Part shown: positions 50,809 to 63,262 of the stretch, in pieces
How positions within the stretch are numbered: position 1 is the stretch's first letter
Layout: the number at the start of each line of letters is the position of its first letter
Source: Phoronis australis
Lineage: Eukaryota > Animalia > Phoronida
NCBI GenBank assembly: GCA_002633005.1
Contig: NMRA01000369.1
Location: 346,502-410,501, forward strand
Direction of reading: 5' to 3'
DNA length: 64,000 bases
Translations under genes and position numbers: made by a program
Notes under the pieces: generated by a model
The model's input: only the letters and a program-made list of their open reading frames with translations
Databases searched by the model: none
What the model was told of the DNA's origin: nothing

Positions 50809-53800
50809 ATGCCACCGAGACGGGACCGTAAACGAAGAAGAAATTGGAAACGCTTTGGTAATACCTTGATTAAAATAAAGTAATTCTACAGCCACATTAG
50901 ACTTTTATCACACGCGTCATAAATATAGAAACATTTTAGCTTAGGATCGCTCAACATTCAATGCACATCACTGTGAACTGGTTAAATAGAACCTGAAGAT
51001 GAGCCTGAGATATGTCTCAAAATATCGCTTTTTAAATTATGTTACCTACTGATGTCGTTTGGATTTTTATTTGCACTGTTGTATGTGATGTAAAGACAAG
51101 ATCTCTATTTAGACAGTTGGAAAGAACAGAAATTAAACTAGTAAAAACAGATCAAAGTCGTGTCTTCAATGAATTGATGCCAAATTAGTGATTTTTAAAT
51201 TTAAGTTTACTTTCACATGCCATGACTTTTAATTTTATTTTATAGTTAAGTTGCGTTTACATGGTTTACAGAGTACACCCCACTCACTCTGATCATCTGC
51301 AGATGGCGCTTTTCCATACCCAATGTGTTTGCAATGCAACAAACCTAATCTTGTGGAAATAATTATAGGGTCAGTTCGTTATTACAAAGAATTACTTGCT
51401 CAATTATCTCCGGCATGTCTTTATGAATAGGCTTGAATTGCTGCTTGGCTGGAGTAAGTCACCTCGCTTAGGCTTGTCTTGTTGTAGCAAGGTCTACAAA
51501 ACCTGTTCTCATTTCATGACTCAAAACATTTTCCCATTCAGTGACTTTACCCAACATAGAGGGTTGTGAGCATGTGATAACATCTAGCTTCTTTGTTAAC
51601 TGCCAAGCACAGTCTTTTGGCTGGTATGACAAAAGGCAGGCGAATTATCTACCAGACTTATTACAGACCACTTGTGAACACAGTAAAACCCAGAGCGAAT
51701 TGGTACGTTTAGAAACAATAGATTGTCATAACTTCGGTTGTAGTTGGGTGATTTTGGCGATTCAAAAACTAAACGTTACCACCATTTGACGAGGATTTTA
51801 GAAGTGCTTTTGGTTTATGTTCAAATGTGTTATAACTTAACTTTTACTTTTAACACCACTGTGACAGTCCAGTCAGGCTAGATACCATCTTACTGGAGAT
51901 TAGAACAATTATCAAACAAAAGAGAGCTGGCCCTCCAACCATAAATGCCAGAATGGAGTTAATCAGTCGTGTAAGATATTGGCTACAGGGGTCATCTTCC
52001 CAACTTGCTGTTGGGCTATAGAATCGAACAAGTTGGGAGCAACGGGAAAACTCCGTAATGAATCCCATTTTGTGTTGGTGCAGCTGACTAACTTGCTGCC
52101 AAATTTTGGTCAGACAGATGTTGAAAGCTATTCAGCTCGTCTCCAATTTAATCTTCCCAAAATATTTCAAAGAACGCACTTTCTGCGCCAAAAAATTCCA
52201 TGCAACACAGACGATACATCGATCGTGACCTATGCAGCACACACTGATCGAAATTCTAAAACTTAGTGAGGTCTCTGGAGCCATACGGTGGTTGAGGACA
52301 CTGTGTATATGTGGATACTCATTGATCTAATTTGAGGGATATGGTTTGCAAAAACTGCGCGAGCTCATTCAAATGTTGATGGTGTGGCAACTGAAATTTA
52401 CGTTACTCAGAATGCACGGAAAATAAACTTGTTTCGTCCCTGCTTGCCCCTAGCTGTTACTAAATTTTCTGTTTTCAAGTATCGCAAGAAACGTTTGCAA
52501 AGTGATAAATATTCCCAAACAATACTCAACGTCAGTGGTTTCTTACTTATTGTAATAAATGCCATTTGAAATATTTTCAGGACACAACAATGATTGCCGG
52601 AAGTCAAATGCGTCAGAGCAGACCTCTGGAGATGATATCCTTTTTATTGATCTGTACATCTACATGGCTGCTGCCCAATCATCGTGTATAATCGGTAAGG
52701 TCTCGAGACAAAATCGTTGGCCATAATTGATCTTTTTTTATTTTTTCAAGTTGGGTATACTTTGTTGTGAATGGCCACAATTTCTGAAATTATTGTCTGA
52801 TGATAGCGATGATACAGAACCTAAAATTAGGATTTATTAGATGCCGCATTTATTGATATATAAAAAAATATAAAGAACACTTTCCACCATATTTTGTCCT
52901 AAATTGGTGTTTTCTTATTGTAGGGATTGAAAATAATAGGTCTAAATAAAAGAAGTCCTTCTTGCAAATGTTTTTACTGTCTAAAGTACATTGCTTCACC
53001 AGAAGTGTGAACTCTAGGTCATGACGACTATTCAGGCGCCCAGTTTATCAATATTCCCGGTCATAGATGAGATATATGATTGTAGTGACGCTCACGTGTT
53101 TTTATTAGAAAAAATGTTACTTCTGAATTCATAAATTCTAGAATGTGTACTTACACTCTTAGGGACATTCTCGGTAAGAATGATAATTTTACAGAAATTA
53201 GCAGCGGTAAAGACTTGAGCCCACTTCCTCTGCAGAAACAGCCAAACGTTCTAACATTTTGCCAAGTGCCACGCATTTGAAAAACGAATTATTTTAAGCA
53301 TAATTATTTAAATGGTAAAGACTCGGTCCTTGATATCCGCAAATGTTTGTCAAACAATGGGGAAAATTGGCAATTTGTTATCCCATCCAACAATAATCCA
53401 TTTTTGGCCTGAAAACCAATGATGTACCCTAATAACCACCATGATTGTAAAGCACTTTTTAAGGATTTTTTTGCCAAGTAACGTCTAGGATACAATTTTC
53501 TTAGCTACCACTGGACCAACAACCGTGGGGTGAAGCACTTCACAGGAAATGTACAATTAGCTTAGAGGATTTTTGTAATCTTCCTGGACAGTAATGTGGG
53601 AGAATGGGTACCCATTCTCTGAGTGCATTCTAAAATGGAAAAGTTATGCAATCACTAAAAATAGTATTTTCCAGCTCCATTTTATGTGGAATGAGTTTAA
53701 TTAAGAGTTGGTTTGTATGTCAGACACAATTCTTCTTAACTGTGTAAATATTTAGAAATACCAGGCTTTTATTATGACAAAGAAAAGAAAAGGTATTTCC

Positions 53801-56800
53801 GCATTTTACCTGGACACTGCCAAATACCTGGAGGTATCACCAGTGAGGTGCTGAAGAAAAAGAAAATTGAGATCAAAAGGAAAGAAGATCTTCAATTATC
53901 TGAGTTGAGTAAGCAGTATCGAGTGTCGGACATTCATCGCAACATACTTGGCAGACACCCTTTGAAGTCTGCCTCAATAAATAACATATCATCCAGGGTG
54001 CTTCTTCGCCAGACACTGGGAAGTGTGTTATCTCCTCGACTAGAAGAATTGACGTACAGGATGTGTGCAAAAAAGTTATCTCCATATCTGCAAAAGAGTC
54101 TCGAGCCCTATGTAGAGAGTCCTTTGCACTTACTGTTGAATGAAAATCAGAACGAGATTTGGAGTGCTTCTTCAGAGAAACGCACACTGGGTAGTAACCT
54201 GCAGTGTATTAGAATTAATGGTGCTTTAGTGAACAGTGAGAGTAACCCTCTTGTGTCATCCCCTTGTACTAACTTAACAATCACACCATGGTGTTCGTCA
54301 GTGCCTCACACTATCACCTCGTTATGTTATGCTACTCCAAAGCATTCCGACGCCAACTCAGCAATTCTCTTCACAACAGTGTGCCCTCTGGGCACCGATG
54401 CTAGTCGCGCTTACATCAAGGAATACGGCTATGGTACAGACTCTGACACTGTGTCATGTAATAACTTTCACCTGGGCGTCAAGGCCACATGGACATGCGC
54501 CTGGAACCCATGGCTACAGCAGTTCAGTGTTGGATCAGAGAAGTGTGCACTGATTGTTGACACGGCGACTAGGTATCTATGGCAACTAGACACAAAAGGA
54601 AGCGATGTACTGTCACAGATTTTCACTGGAGAGGTAAAAGTATATCGAATAATTATTTTTTAAAATCAAGACAGTGTTGAATGACTTTCCATCATGAACT
54701 TGTCTTTACAGTAAAATTTCACCACTTTTGGACAACAATAATTTACACTTTTCATTTTTCAAAGGCATCCATCTTTGTTTTGAATGTTTGCAATTTTGTA
54801 AAACATCTCCTAATGGTAGCTCTGGTTTTGGTGCTATGCATCATATTTTTAAAAAGATGGTGGAATTGTATGTCACTTGTCTGCCAAATTCTGTCATAAT
54901 TAGTGAAATTTTTAATGTAAAATAATTAATATGTTTAGATTCTTCATCTAAGTTGCTACAGCCAGCATATTTATCAAAAAAATCTTTTGCAAGTGGAGCA
55001 TGATATTATGTCAGCCAAGTGTTTTGTTTGAAATCAGTAAAAAGAGGTGTTTATTACACAGTTACTTGTTGGTGTTTTGCAGAATTGGAATGTCCTGCTG
55101 AGTGGAACACGGTCGGGGAAAATTTGTCAGCATGATTTAAGAGTGTCAAGGAAACGCTGTGTTCAATATGTCAGTCATCCATCCAGCGTGTGTAGCCTGC
55201 ATATGATGTCATCTGGACAACACATTATAGCTAGCGATTTTGCTGGAAATGTAATTTTTATATGAATAGGAGCATTTATTGTTGTTTCAACTCGCTTGTA
55301 GTGCTGAATATTTAAAGAGTTTTTAAGAAATCACATTTGTGGCAGTTATGTCACTGAAAGTTGTTCAGATAATAGTTTTTGTGAGATATGAAACAAGGTG
55401 GATTTTTGTCTTACTTCCCTTGACATCATGGTGTTCACCTGGTAATTGACCTATCGCAAGCTCCGCCCACTTGCTTAGAGTCGACAAACAAACAATAAGT
55501 TTTACCTGAAAATGTGTTGTTTGACGGGTAAAATGGCAGCTTGGAAACGAAGGTGTGTCAAGAATGCTGCTTTCCGATTGGTCATTTGAGCCATCGCTCA
55601 AAATCCTGGCGATAGGTCAATTCACAGCGGGAATGTGATTGAAATTTGTAATCTTCAACCTCATGCTGGTTTTTGACGTTCAGGGGCTGGAAAGGTAACA
55701 AGATGATGATTTTGTCCTGCTCTTGTATGTTTGGAAGCCCGCTAGTTGTCTATTCCATTCTGGGTTCGGCTATTCATATATCATAAGGGTTAATAAAATA
55801 ATTTTGCCCAGGACCATAAACCCTTTATTAAGCTGTGCATAGTTACACAGTCCATCTAGGACAGTTGTATGTCTAAGAGCATGGTTCACCAAAGAACTGC
55901 TTTCATTGACCTTGTTTGCCAATTTCGAAAAAGCCTGTTGTGTGTGAAGGATGCCCATGATTTGTAAACATCCCCAAAATTCTAAGTCCCTAAGCAGACT
56001 AGTTAACCCATCCAAGACCAAAATGTTATGACATGTAGTGGTGTTTTTCACTTGTAAGTGCAATGTCGTCACTGCTGCACCATGTGCACATTGCTCTGTA
56101 AGAGTCGTTCTATGATTACTTTTTCATTCATTGATCAGTTCAGTTTAAATTTACGGTAAAATCTCATTAATTTAGGACATGATATGGCGGACAAGTCGGT
56201 CTTATTATTTGTAAAAGATAGGTTTTAATAGCTACAAATATCCAATTTTTGTATCATTCTAAGTTCTAAACCATAAATAGTTTCAGGCCTAATGTTTTTG
56301 AGAAATTACGGGCCCTTCACAGCTGTACACTGCTAAAAGCTTATTTGAACAATATAAAAATTGAGGTTTTATCATAGTTACAAAATACCTGCTCACAACG
56401 CGTTTGTTGTGTCACATTTCAGATCAAAATGTGGGATCTGAGGCAAAGCAAAGTGGTGCAATCATATGAGGGACATGTGAATGAATACAAGACATTACCA
56501 GTCAAGCTTGACTCCACGGAAAGTCTGTTGTACGCAGGTAGGTGTGGTCACCTAAAGCAAGAACCAAGAATATATCTTCCACACCATGTTGAGATTGACA
56601 TATTCATATACAAGAATATTTTATTGTGAAATTCATTTGATTCAGCCGCTGATCTGATTCTTATCTTGGGGACTTTTTGTTGTTAGTGAAAATGTGCAAT
56701 CCATTTCATGTCCCTCGGACCTTTGTTGTATTCATTCCATTCATTGCTATCATAAGGGTAAAAATAGACAACAAAGGATGAATTGCGAAGACAATCTTGG

Positions 56801-57258
56801 ACGAAAGTTTGACTTCATGTGTTGGATTATGTTCAGATCTCTGTTATGAAGCTGATAAAAATTGGAATCATTGATATTTTTGTTGAATGTAGCACAGTAT
56901 AAGTCATAACTGCTGGCTCTGTACGTTAAATTCTGTTTCAAGCATCCTCTGTAAGACTGATCAGTGATTCATCCTTCTGTTGAACTAAGTGCAGTTAGTT
57001 CATTGGCAGTTGTGGGAATTCTATAATGTGTTTTAATTACCCATTCTTACAGTTGGCCAGGATGGGTACACTCGTATGTGGGATGCTTGTACGTCAGAGT
57101 GCATCAAGACAATCGCCCCTCCTTGCTCCGTCTCTGTTCAGGCCTTGCCCACTGTGGTCTATTCCAGCAACTGGGCAGGCCAGCAGGGTAATGTGGCCTT
57201 GATCATGGCTGTACATGACAGACTGCACGTTTATGGGATTAAGGAAACTGAAGTCTAG
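50809..57258 (+). CDS. DCAF4: DDB1- and CUL4-associated factor 4 (WDR21), about 509 aa
   Basis: Exons 50809-50857, 52581-52694, 53756-54633, 55083-55250, 56423-56537 and 57053-57258 total 1530 nt in one open frame. Signature motifs: EIPGFYYDKEKKRYFRILPGH, KGSDVLSQIF, GTRSGKI..HDLR, IKMWDLRQ...YEGHVNEY, VGQDGYTRMWD. The first two exons are less certain; an in-frame ATG at 52664 is an alternative start. Confidence 0.9.
50984..51066 (+). ncRNA. Degenerate minimal type I hammerhead ribozyme (Penelope pLTR-like)
   Basis: Stem I GAAC/GTTT; core CTGAAGA (50993-50999); stem II GAG...CTC; AAAA where GAAA is expected; stem III ATATCG/TGATGT; cleavage triplet GTC (51054-51056). Confidence 0.5.
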
Positions 57259-57301
57259 TAATGGATGATCATGAGGTTTTGGGATCATTGTTGAATGGGC
57301 A

Positions 57302-57403
57302 ATAGTCTGATATAATGTGCCCGTATTTTGAGAACGAGTTTGATGCCCATTATTAAGTGGAGAAAACTGGTTCTCAAAATGCGGGCATGCTATATCAGAC
57401 TAT
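57302..57403. mobile_element. Hairpin MITE in the DCAF4 3' UTR; related copy near 40095-40185
   Basis: ATAGTCTGATATAATGTGCCCGTATTTTGAGAAC is mirrored by GTTCTCAAAATGCGGGCATGCTATATCAGACTAT. Confidence 0.75.
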
Positions 57404-60400
57404 AACTGTTGAATGGATAGATTTTTTGAAGTTATTAGCGTTGACCAGAGCTATAAAGCACAGTCCATTTTGTGTGATTTTACTATAAATCGCCAGTCCT
57501 CGTAGTTTTCTGCCAGACATTTGCTGAAATCGAGGTCAGAGTCTTAGCAGTTTATATACTATTAAAATACCATTATTTTAATAATACATGAGATTTGGCT
57601 CAACTGTAGTGTGACTGCTACAGCAGATTATGCGGTTCTTTCAGACCATGTGAACGCAAAAATATTTAGACCTGTTGGTTAATGTTTGGTTTTCCATCAT
57701 TCCCAGTACCCGGAATTTCCGTAGATGAGCCAATGGGCATGCAATTGTATTCGGAAAATGAAAATTTTCAGGTGTTTTAGCAACACCAAATAAATGCCCG
57801 GGCGTGTATTTGGAAAAGGTGCGTGTTAACGGAAAGTCGTAGTTTTGCCGAATTTGACATTCTTTTACTAAAACTGCATTTTTTAATTTTCTGCCAATAA
57901 ATGCACAGTTCGCCAACACCTTCTCATTCTTACAAATGACAAATGCGCCACAAAACTGAATTAGTGACAAAAAAATTGACGCTGAATGGGCTTTTAAGAG
58001 GAAAATTTCCAAACGCCTCACTGTCTGGACATTTGACACTACAAGATGTAACATCAAATAAACGCCCATGGATGTGTAATCGACATAATTTTGCGAATAT
58101 ACTCCCATGGGCGTTTCAGTGGGCTGGCTTATTATATATACAGGAAATCCCGGTAAGATACAGCTATGTAAAGCATAAAATTTTGACTGTGGGTTAACAT
58201 GACATATGCCTTTAAGTGATAAAAAAACAAAACCTCATTTTTACAGCTTTAATTTCAGATTTGATTTCATCAACAGTGTATATTTACATGCAATTTGTTA
58301 CGACCGTGCACAACTTGTCAGTTATGAAGTTTGTATTGTTATAAAACATTTAGAGACCTTTCAGCTTTCGGTACGTTCTGTGTATTTAAAATTAAATTAA
58401 TAAATAATTAATGTAAAATATATACAGTTAACTAAATCAAAATTGATATAATTATCAAAATACTGGCTTTTTATCCAGCACCAGTTACTACAGCCAGTCG
58501 CCAATTTGATTCGATAAAGCATTACCTTCACATAAATGTAGACTTCAGACACAATACTTTCATCTAGTGTCAGTTGTAGGTACATCTTGTAGAATTTGGA
58601 TGCTGTTCTTTTTCAGAGTAATTTTATTACAAAATAACATACATATCTTCAAAGAAACTAGAAACTATTAAATAAGAGATGATGGAACTGACGTTTTTAC
58701 ATTCCAGTAAGACTCGCATAAGTCAGACTTTCATAAATCCTATTTGTGCTAAACTCTGGAGAAAGTTCCACAGCACTTGTTCTAATCAATACACTATGTC
58801 CTTCATATAAGTTCGGTGTGAATACCCTTACCATAAACATACTTGACATAAATTCTCAGTGACTGTCCAGTCGAATACAACTTGTGCCAGTTTTACTGCA
58901 ATTTCATGATTTTCCAGACCGTACGAAATTTCAGGCCCTTGCCACACAACCCAGTCATGAAACTTAGAGTGAAAACAAAGAAGTACACAACAAAGTATCT
59001 GTTTCGTACCTGGTACTATGTGTTAAACACTATCCTCATAACAAAATAGTTGAGCCAACAGTACCTACTGATAACAATAGTCTCCAGTACCATGTAAAAC
59101 ACAGTAGACACGCCACATCCCTGCGTCTCCGTGATTCGTTGTACGTGCCCAAAATCAAAGCATTTTAACAACACTTAAAGCTGCATTTTGCCCTGCTTAG
59201 GTGCCTGAAAAACAAAAACTGAATCTGGCCTTGTATGCTCATCAACTCAGACCCGTAATGTTCTTAAAATATTTTCAAAGAACATCAAAACCATCAGCGA
59301 AAATGTTTCCGAGTTTAATGCGGTTGGCCAACCCTAAACTTGGTGCAAGTACCCATTCCTTGAGTTCTAACAAAAATGGAATCCTATCACAGTACGGAAC
59401 ATTATATAACCTATTGGATAAGAGTATCAGGATCATTTGGATTTTCTGTTTATAGGCAGCTAAACAAGGCAAAACGTAGTTTTAAACAATTCCAACCTTG
59501 CATAGTTTAATTGAGTACTTGTATCTATCTATGTACAGTGGCTGTGCTTCGAGCCGCAATGTCTTGTAGAGTGACAAAATAACTACAGCCATCTGGGAGT
59601 AGGCCGACACAATGCAGAATCATTACACTTAGGTAAAGAAATGTACTAGTGCAAAATATATATCACAGAGTATAACCTAATTTTGATACTTAGCAGCCAT
59701 ACTTTATGGTAAAGAGCGGCAGGAAATACTTGATGTTCGTGTCAGTTCCAAGATGTATACGTAACGGGTAGTTTTGTCAAAATCACTTTTAGACCACATC
59801 ATGTCATGAAATTGCACATCAGTAGTCTATACTGCAAGAGCCAATAATGGCAAATTGTGGCCCCATATGAGGTCCATTGATGACTGACCAAGTGATCCAA
59901 TGGCCACAGTGATACATGAAAGTAACATAAATGTTGCCACTAAGAAATCTCAGCAAAATTAGAGCACGCTCATTACACAAAATCATTTTTATTGCACATT
60001 ATTCATTTAAATCCTCAATATGTCATTGGCAACATGGATATGCAAATTCTGAAGCATACTGTTTAGTGACTACCTGGTGACTTAGACAATAATCCAGAAA
60101 AAAAAACAATGCGTAAAAATCCTGGCTCATAAGAGCTGAAGATGTTTCACACATAAACAACATTTTCTATTTAGATGTCATGTTTGCAAAACTAAGCAAG
60201 CAATCTGTTAAAAAAATGTCCAGACAATCTGCACTTTTTCAGAGTTTTCCCGTCCTCATTTACATAATTTATGTAATTGGTTCCACTGAGAACACTTTGT
60301 TTGTAAGCAAATGTCACTTTCCATATTGAGATTGAACTGAGATACAACTGTTTTAATTAGCATTAAGGTGATGAAGGACCTTATTGACAAGTGGTTGTAC

Positions 60401-60986
60401 TTAGCCAAACACACATTTTAACTCAGTAAAAGTTTTTTTTTAATTTGATTTTGACTTCATACCAATCAACCATAAATAAGGCCACGTTATCATGATATCT
60501 TTTGCGTAAAATTAAGAAAAAATAATGTACATTCAAAGCAAAACATCGGTATCAATAACATGATGAATAGATGTTCAAGAGCCTCAAAAATACTGAGTTT
60601 TCTAAATTATCATTTCGTCTTCATATCCTGTTAAATAAAAAACTTGAAAGCTGCATAAAAGTCCTATTTTTGATACCCTCTCGCGCAAGTGTGGAACATT
60701 TTAAAAACAATCCCTGGCAGCATTTTGGAGAACATAAAGCACAGTGTCAGAAAGTTTTATATGAATCCGATCAGTTGATTCTAAGTTGTAATGTTCCGAA
60801 GTGTGCCAAATTTGGACATTTTTCTAGGGTTCTGCATAACCTTAAATCAACACTGCAAGAAGCCAGCGTTGTACTACAAGAACACCAGGTGAAACCAGTT
60901 CACAGGTTTCCAACAAAACGGTGGCTGTATACAAACAACAAATCTTTGGCACTTTGCACCAGCTCCATGGCCCGCTGAGGCCACTA

Positions 60987-63262
60987 TCATGACTGGTTCA
61001 ACACAAATGAAAACAGCTGAGAAGCACTGCCTGGGTTGCACCTCTCCACAGTCAGTCCACGCTGATTCACTTTAATACTGTCCATGCACAGATTGGTCGC
61101 ACTCAGTTCAAGCTGCTTGTTTCCTGATTTTTTCCATGTCTGTAAAGGAGTTGGGGGCTAATATACAGCAAGGGTGCCATGTAACTTGGCAACTGTCAAA
61201 GAGCATATGGAACTTAGCTTTAGCATATTAAGAACACAAAGCTAATAAAACTGCTATAAACCGGCCTCTGATCCAGCTAGCTTGCAGCTTTAGCATATTA
61301 GGAACACAAAGCTAATAAAACTGCTATAAACCGGCCTCTGATCCAGCCAGCTTACAGCTTTAATACTGGTCTCCTTCCACTTGATTGTACTCACATTAGA
61401 CATGAGTTTTTGGCTTGGAAAGAAGTGACAGTTCGGTATTGCTCAAGACCCAACTCAAGATGTAAGCTTATCACAGTGGGTTAATTGACGCACCAAGCAT
61501 AGTCTCGAGCGATAACGAAGTGTCAGTTCTTTCCAAAATAATAAACCACTTCTCATTATAAAAAAGAACAAGTTGAAAGGAAAGAGGTATAAATCAAAAC
61601 ATCAGTTCTTTGGTATAACACGGGGTGATAGCAGGTTTAATATGATTGTGAAACCTAAAGCTTTCTTTCACTTAAGACCTTGCTATGTGCTATTCAAAAG
61701 AGGCTGCCATTCTTAAGCTGCAATTTAGTGCTGAAAGCATAAGGTATCCCAATGGTGTTCAGCACTAGCAAAAAAGGAGATAACTACTGCAGAGGACAAA
61801 TGGAATAGCCTATAGTAAGAACATACCTGCTCTTTGCTGCTTTTCTTGCACTGGTACATTTTAATGATGGAGCCAGGCTGCGGGTCATACACAGTCAGGC
61901 ACATGTCAGAGTGTTTTATCTGATTACCACTATTGAAGGTCCACTCCTGTTAACAAAAACACCAAGAATGCATATATACTTCTAGCAACAGTACAAAAAG
62001 CATCGGATCTGTTTCACTACAGAAATGTTCTCACCAGCCATTATTGGAGAGACTCCAGAACACAGAAGTACCATTCACAAACATTTTGTCTAATGGGCAG
62101 CAACGAGGCAATGGAATGGTACTTGAGCGGCGGGCATGGGTGGTCCAGTAAGACGGACCACAAATAGGCTGACTGAAACCACTACCTAGTTGACCTCTAA
62201 ATGCCCGAGCCTCGTCCCTTCAACAAATAATTCTTGAACTGATGTAACCAATGCACATGATTCCATGGCCTTCCCATACCTATTTTTACTTTCCTTTTCA
62301 CGATTATTACCCAGACTCAATTACAGTTATTCCGATAAACAAAAATAGCAACTGAGAGAGTCTCCACCACAAACAGTATGCTTCTAGAGGCCACGAGGGG
62401 GCACCACAACATTCAGAACCATTCGAAAATCAATGAAGATATGAAGGAAGACATCTACCAATTTTCATAACCATTATTTCAGTGGCTTGGGAGATGAAAG
62501 CGTACTCAAAAATAATAAAAAATAGCCACTAAATGGCACAGAAAATGTCAAACAAGTTCAAAAACATGTAGGCATTGTCGACTCCTTAACAGAAACTCAT
62601 TTGCAAAAATTTATCAAAATACGTCGAGGATCTCGGAAGATGTAGCGGTTAATGAAAACTACTAAAATTGCCACCAGGGGGCACAATGGTAATCAGAACC
62701 ATCCAAAAGTGGTCATCAACTGTTGTCACATTGCTAGGATGACACTCATCAAATTTAACAAAGAATTTGCAAGAGGTCAAAGAGACGCAGCGTCAGATGC
62801 AAAATTATACCAAAAAATAATAAAATACCCACAAGGTGGCGTAAAATATGCTGAATCCGTCTAAAAAAAGGTGCGCATTGTCGTCTCCGAAATAGCTTTA
62901 CAGGAACACACCTGCCACATTTCGAGAAGATCCTGGGAGGGATTTAGGAGATACAGTAAATTAGTGGAGGTCTGGGAACCACAGAGATGACAGCAATATG
63001 CACCCTCACAATGTGCATGTGGGCACATAAAAAGGTTTTAAGTAAAATATTTTCTATCTTGCCAAATTAATTAAAACATTGATATGTTGTTGAAATGCAC
63101 AATCAAATTAACCTGTTTAACGTCAAGACACACACCTGATTTCCACCAGCATTGTGACACTCAAAGAGGCCAACAGTACCACCGTCTAAATTTCCCATAG
63201 TGTCGACGCACTTTGTCACTTGTTGTATGGAACCAAAAGCTATGTCTTTCTGGTCCGGTACT
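60987..63262 (-). CDS. GALNT2: Polypeptide N-acetylgalactosaminyltransferase, GALNT2-like: last three exons (ricin-B lectin domain); gene continues beyond the window
   Basis: Exons 63262-63136, 61946-61827 and 61139-60987 (TGA) read RVPDQKDIAFGSIQQVTKCVDTMGNLDGGTVGLFECHNAGGNQ|EWTFNSGNQIKHSDMCLTV...PGSIIKMYQC...|TWKK...NLCMDS...GLTVERC...SQLFSFVLNQS*. This closely follows the GALNT2 C-terminus. Confidence 0.92.
61216..61355 (+). repeat. Tandem duplication, 2 x 70 bp
   Basis: AGCTTTAGCATATTA(A/G)GAACACAAAGCTAATAAAACTGCTATAAACCGGCCTCTGATCCAGC occurs at 61216 and 61286. Confidence 0.95.
62330..63033 (+). mobile_element. Older copy of the HINE-like family in a GALNT2 intron
   Basis: AAAATTGCCACCAGGGGGCAC subrepeats and a 3' end ATATGCACCCTCACAATGTGCATGTGGGCACATAAAAA resembling 7430-7466. 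The 5' boundary is approximate. Confidence 0.6.

Noticed and set aside
57641-58108. 155-aa minus-strand ORF between DCAF4 and GALNT2
   Set aside because: No recognisable motif or splice context; probably repeat-derived or UTR sequence.
60571-60978. 135-aa + strand ORF
   Set aside because: Lies antisense in the GALNT2 3' UTR with no protein features.
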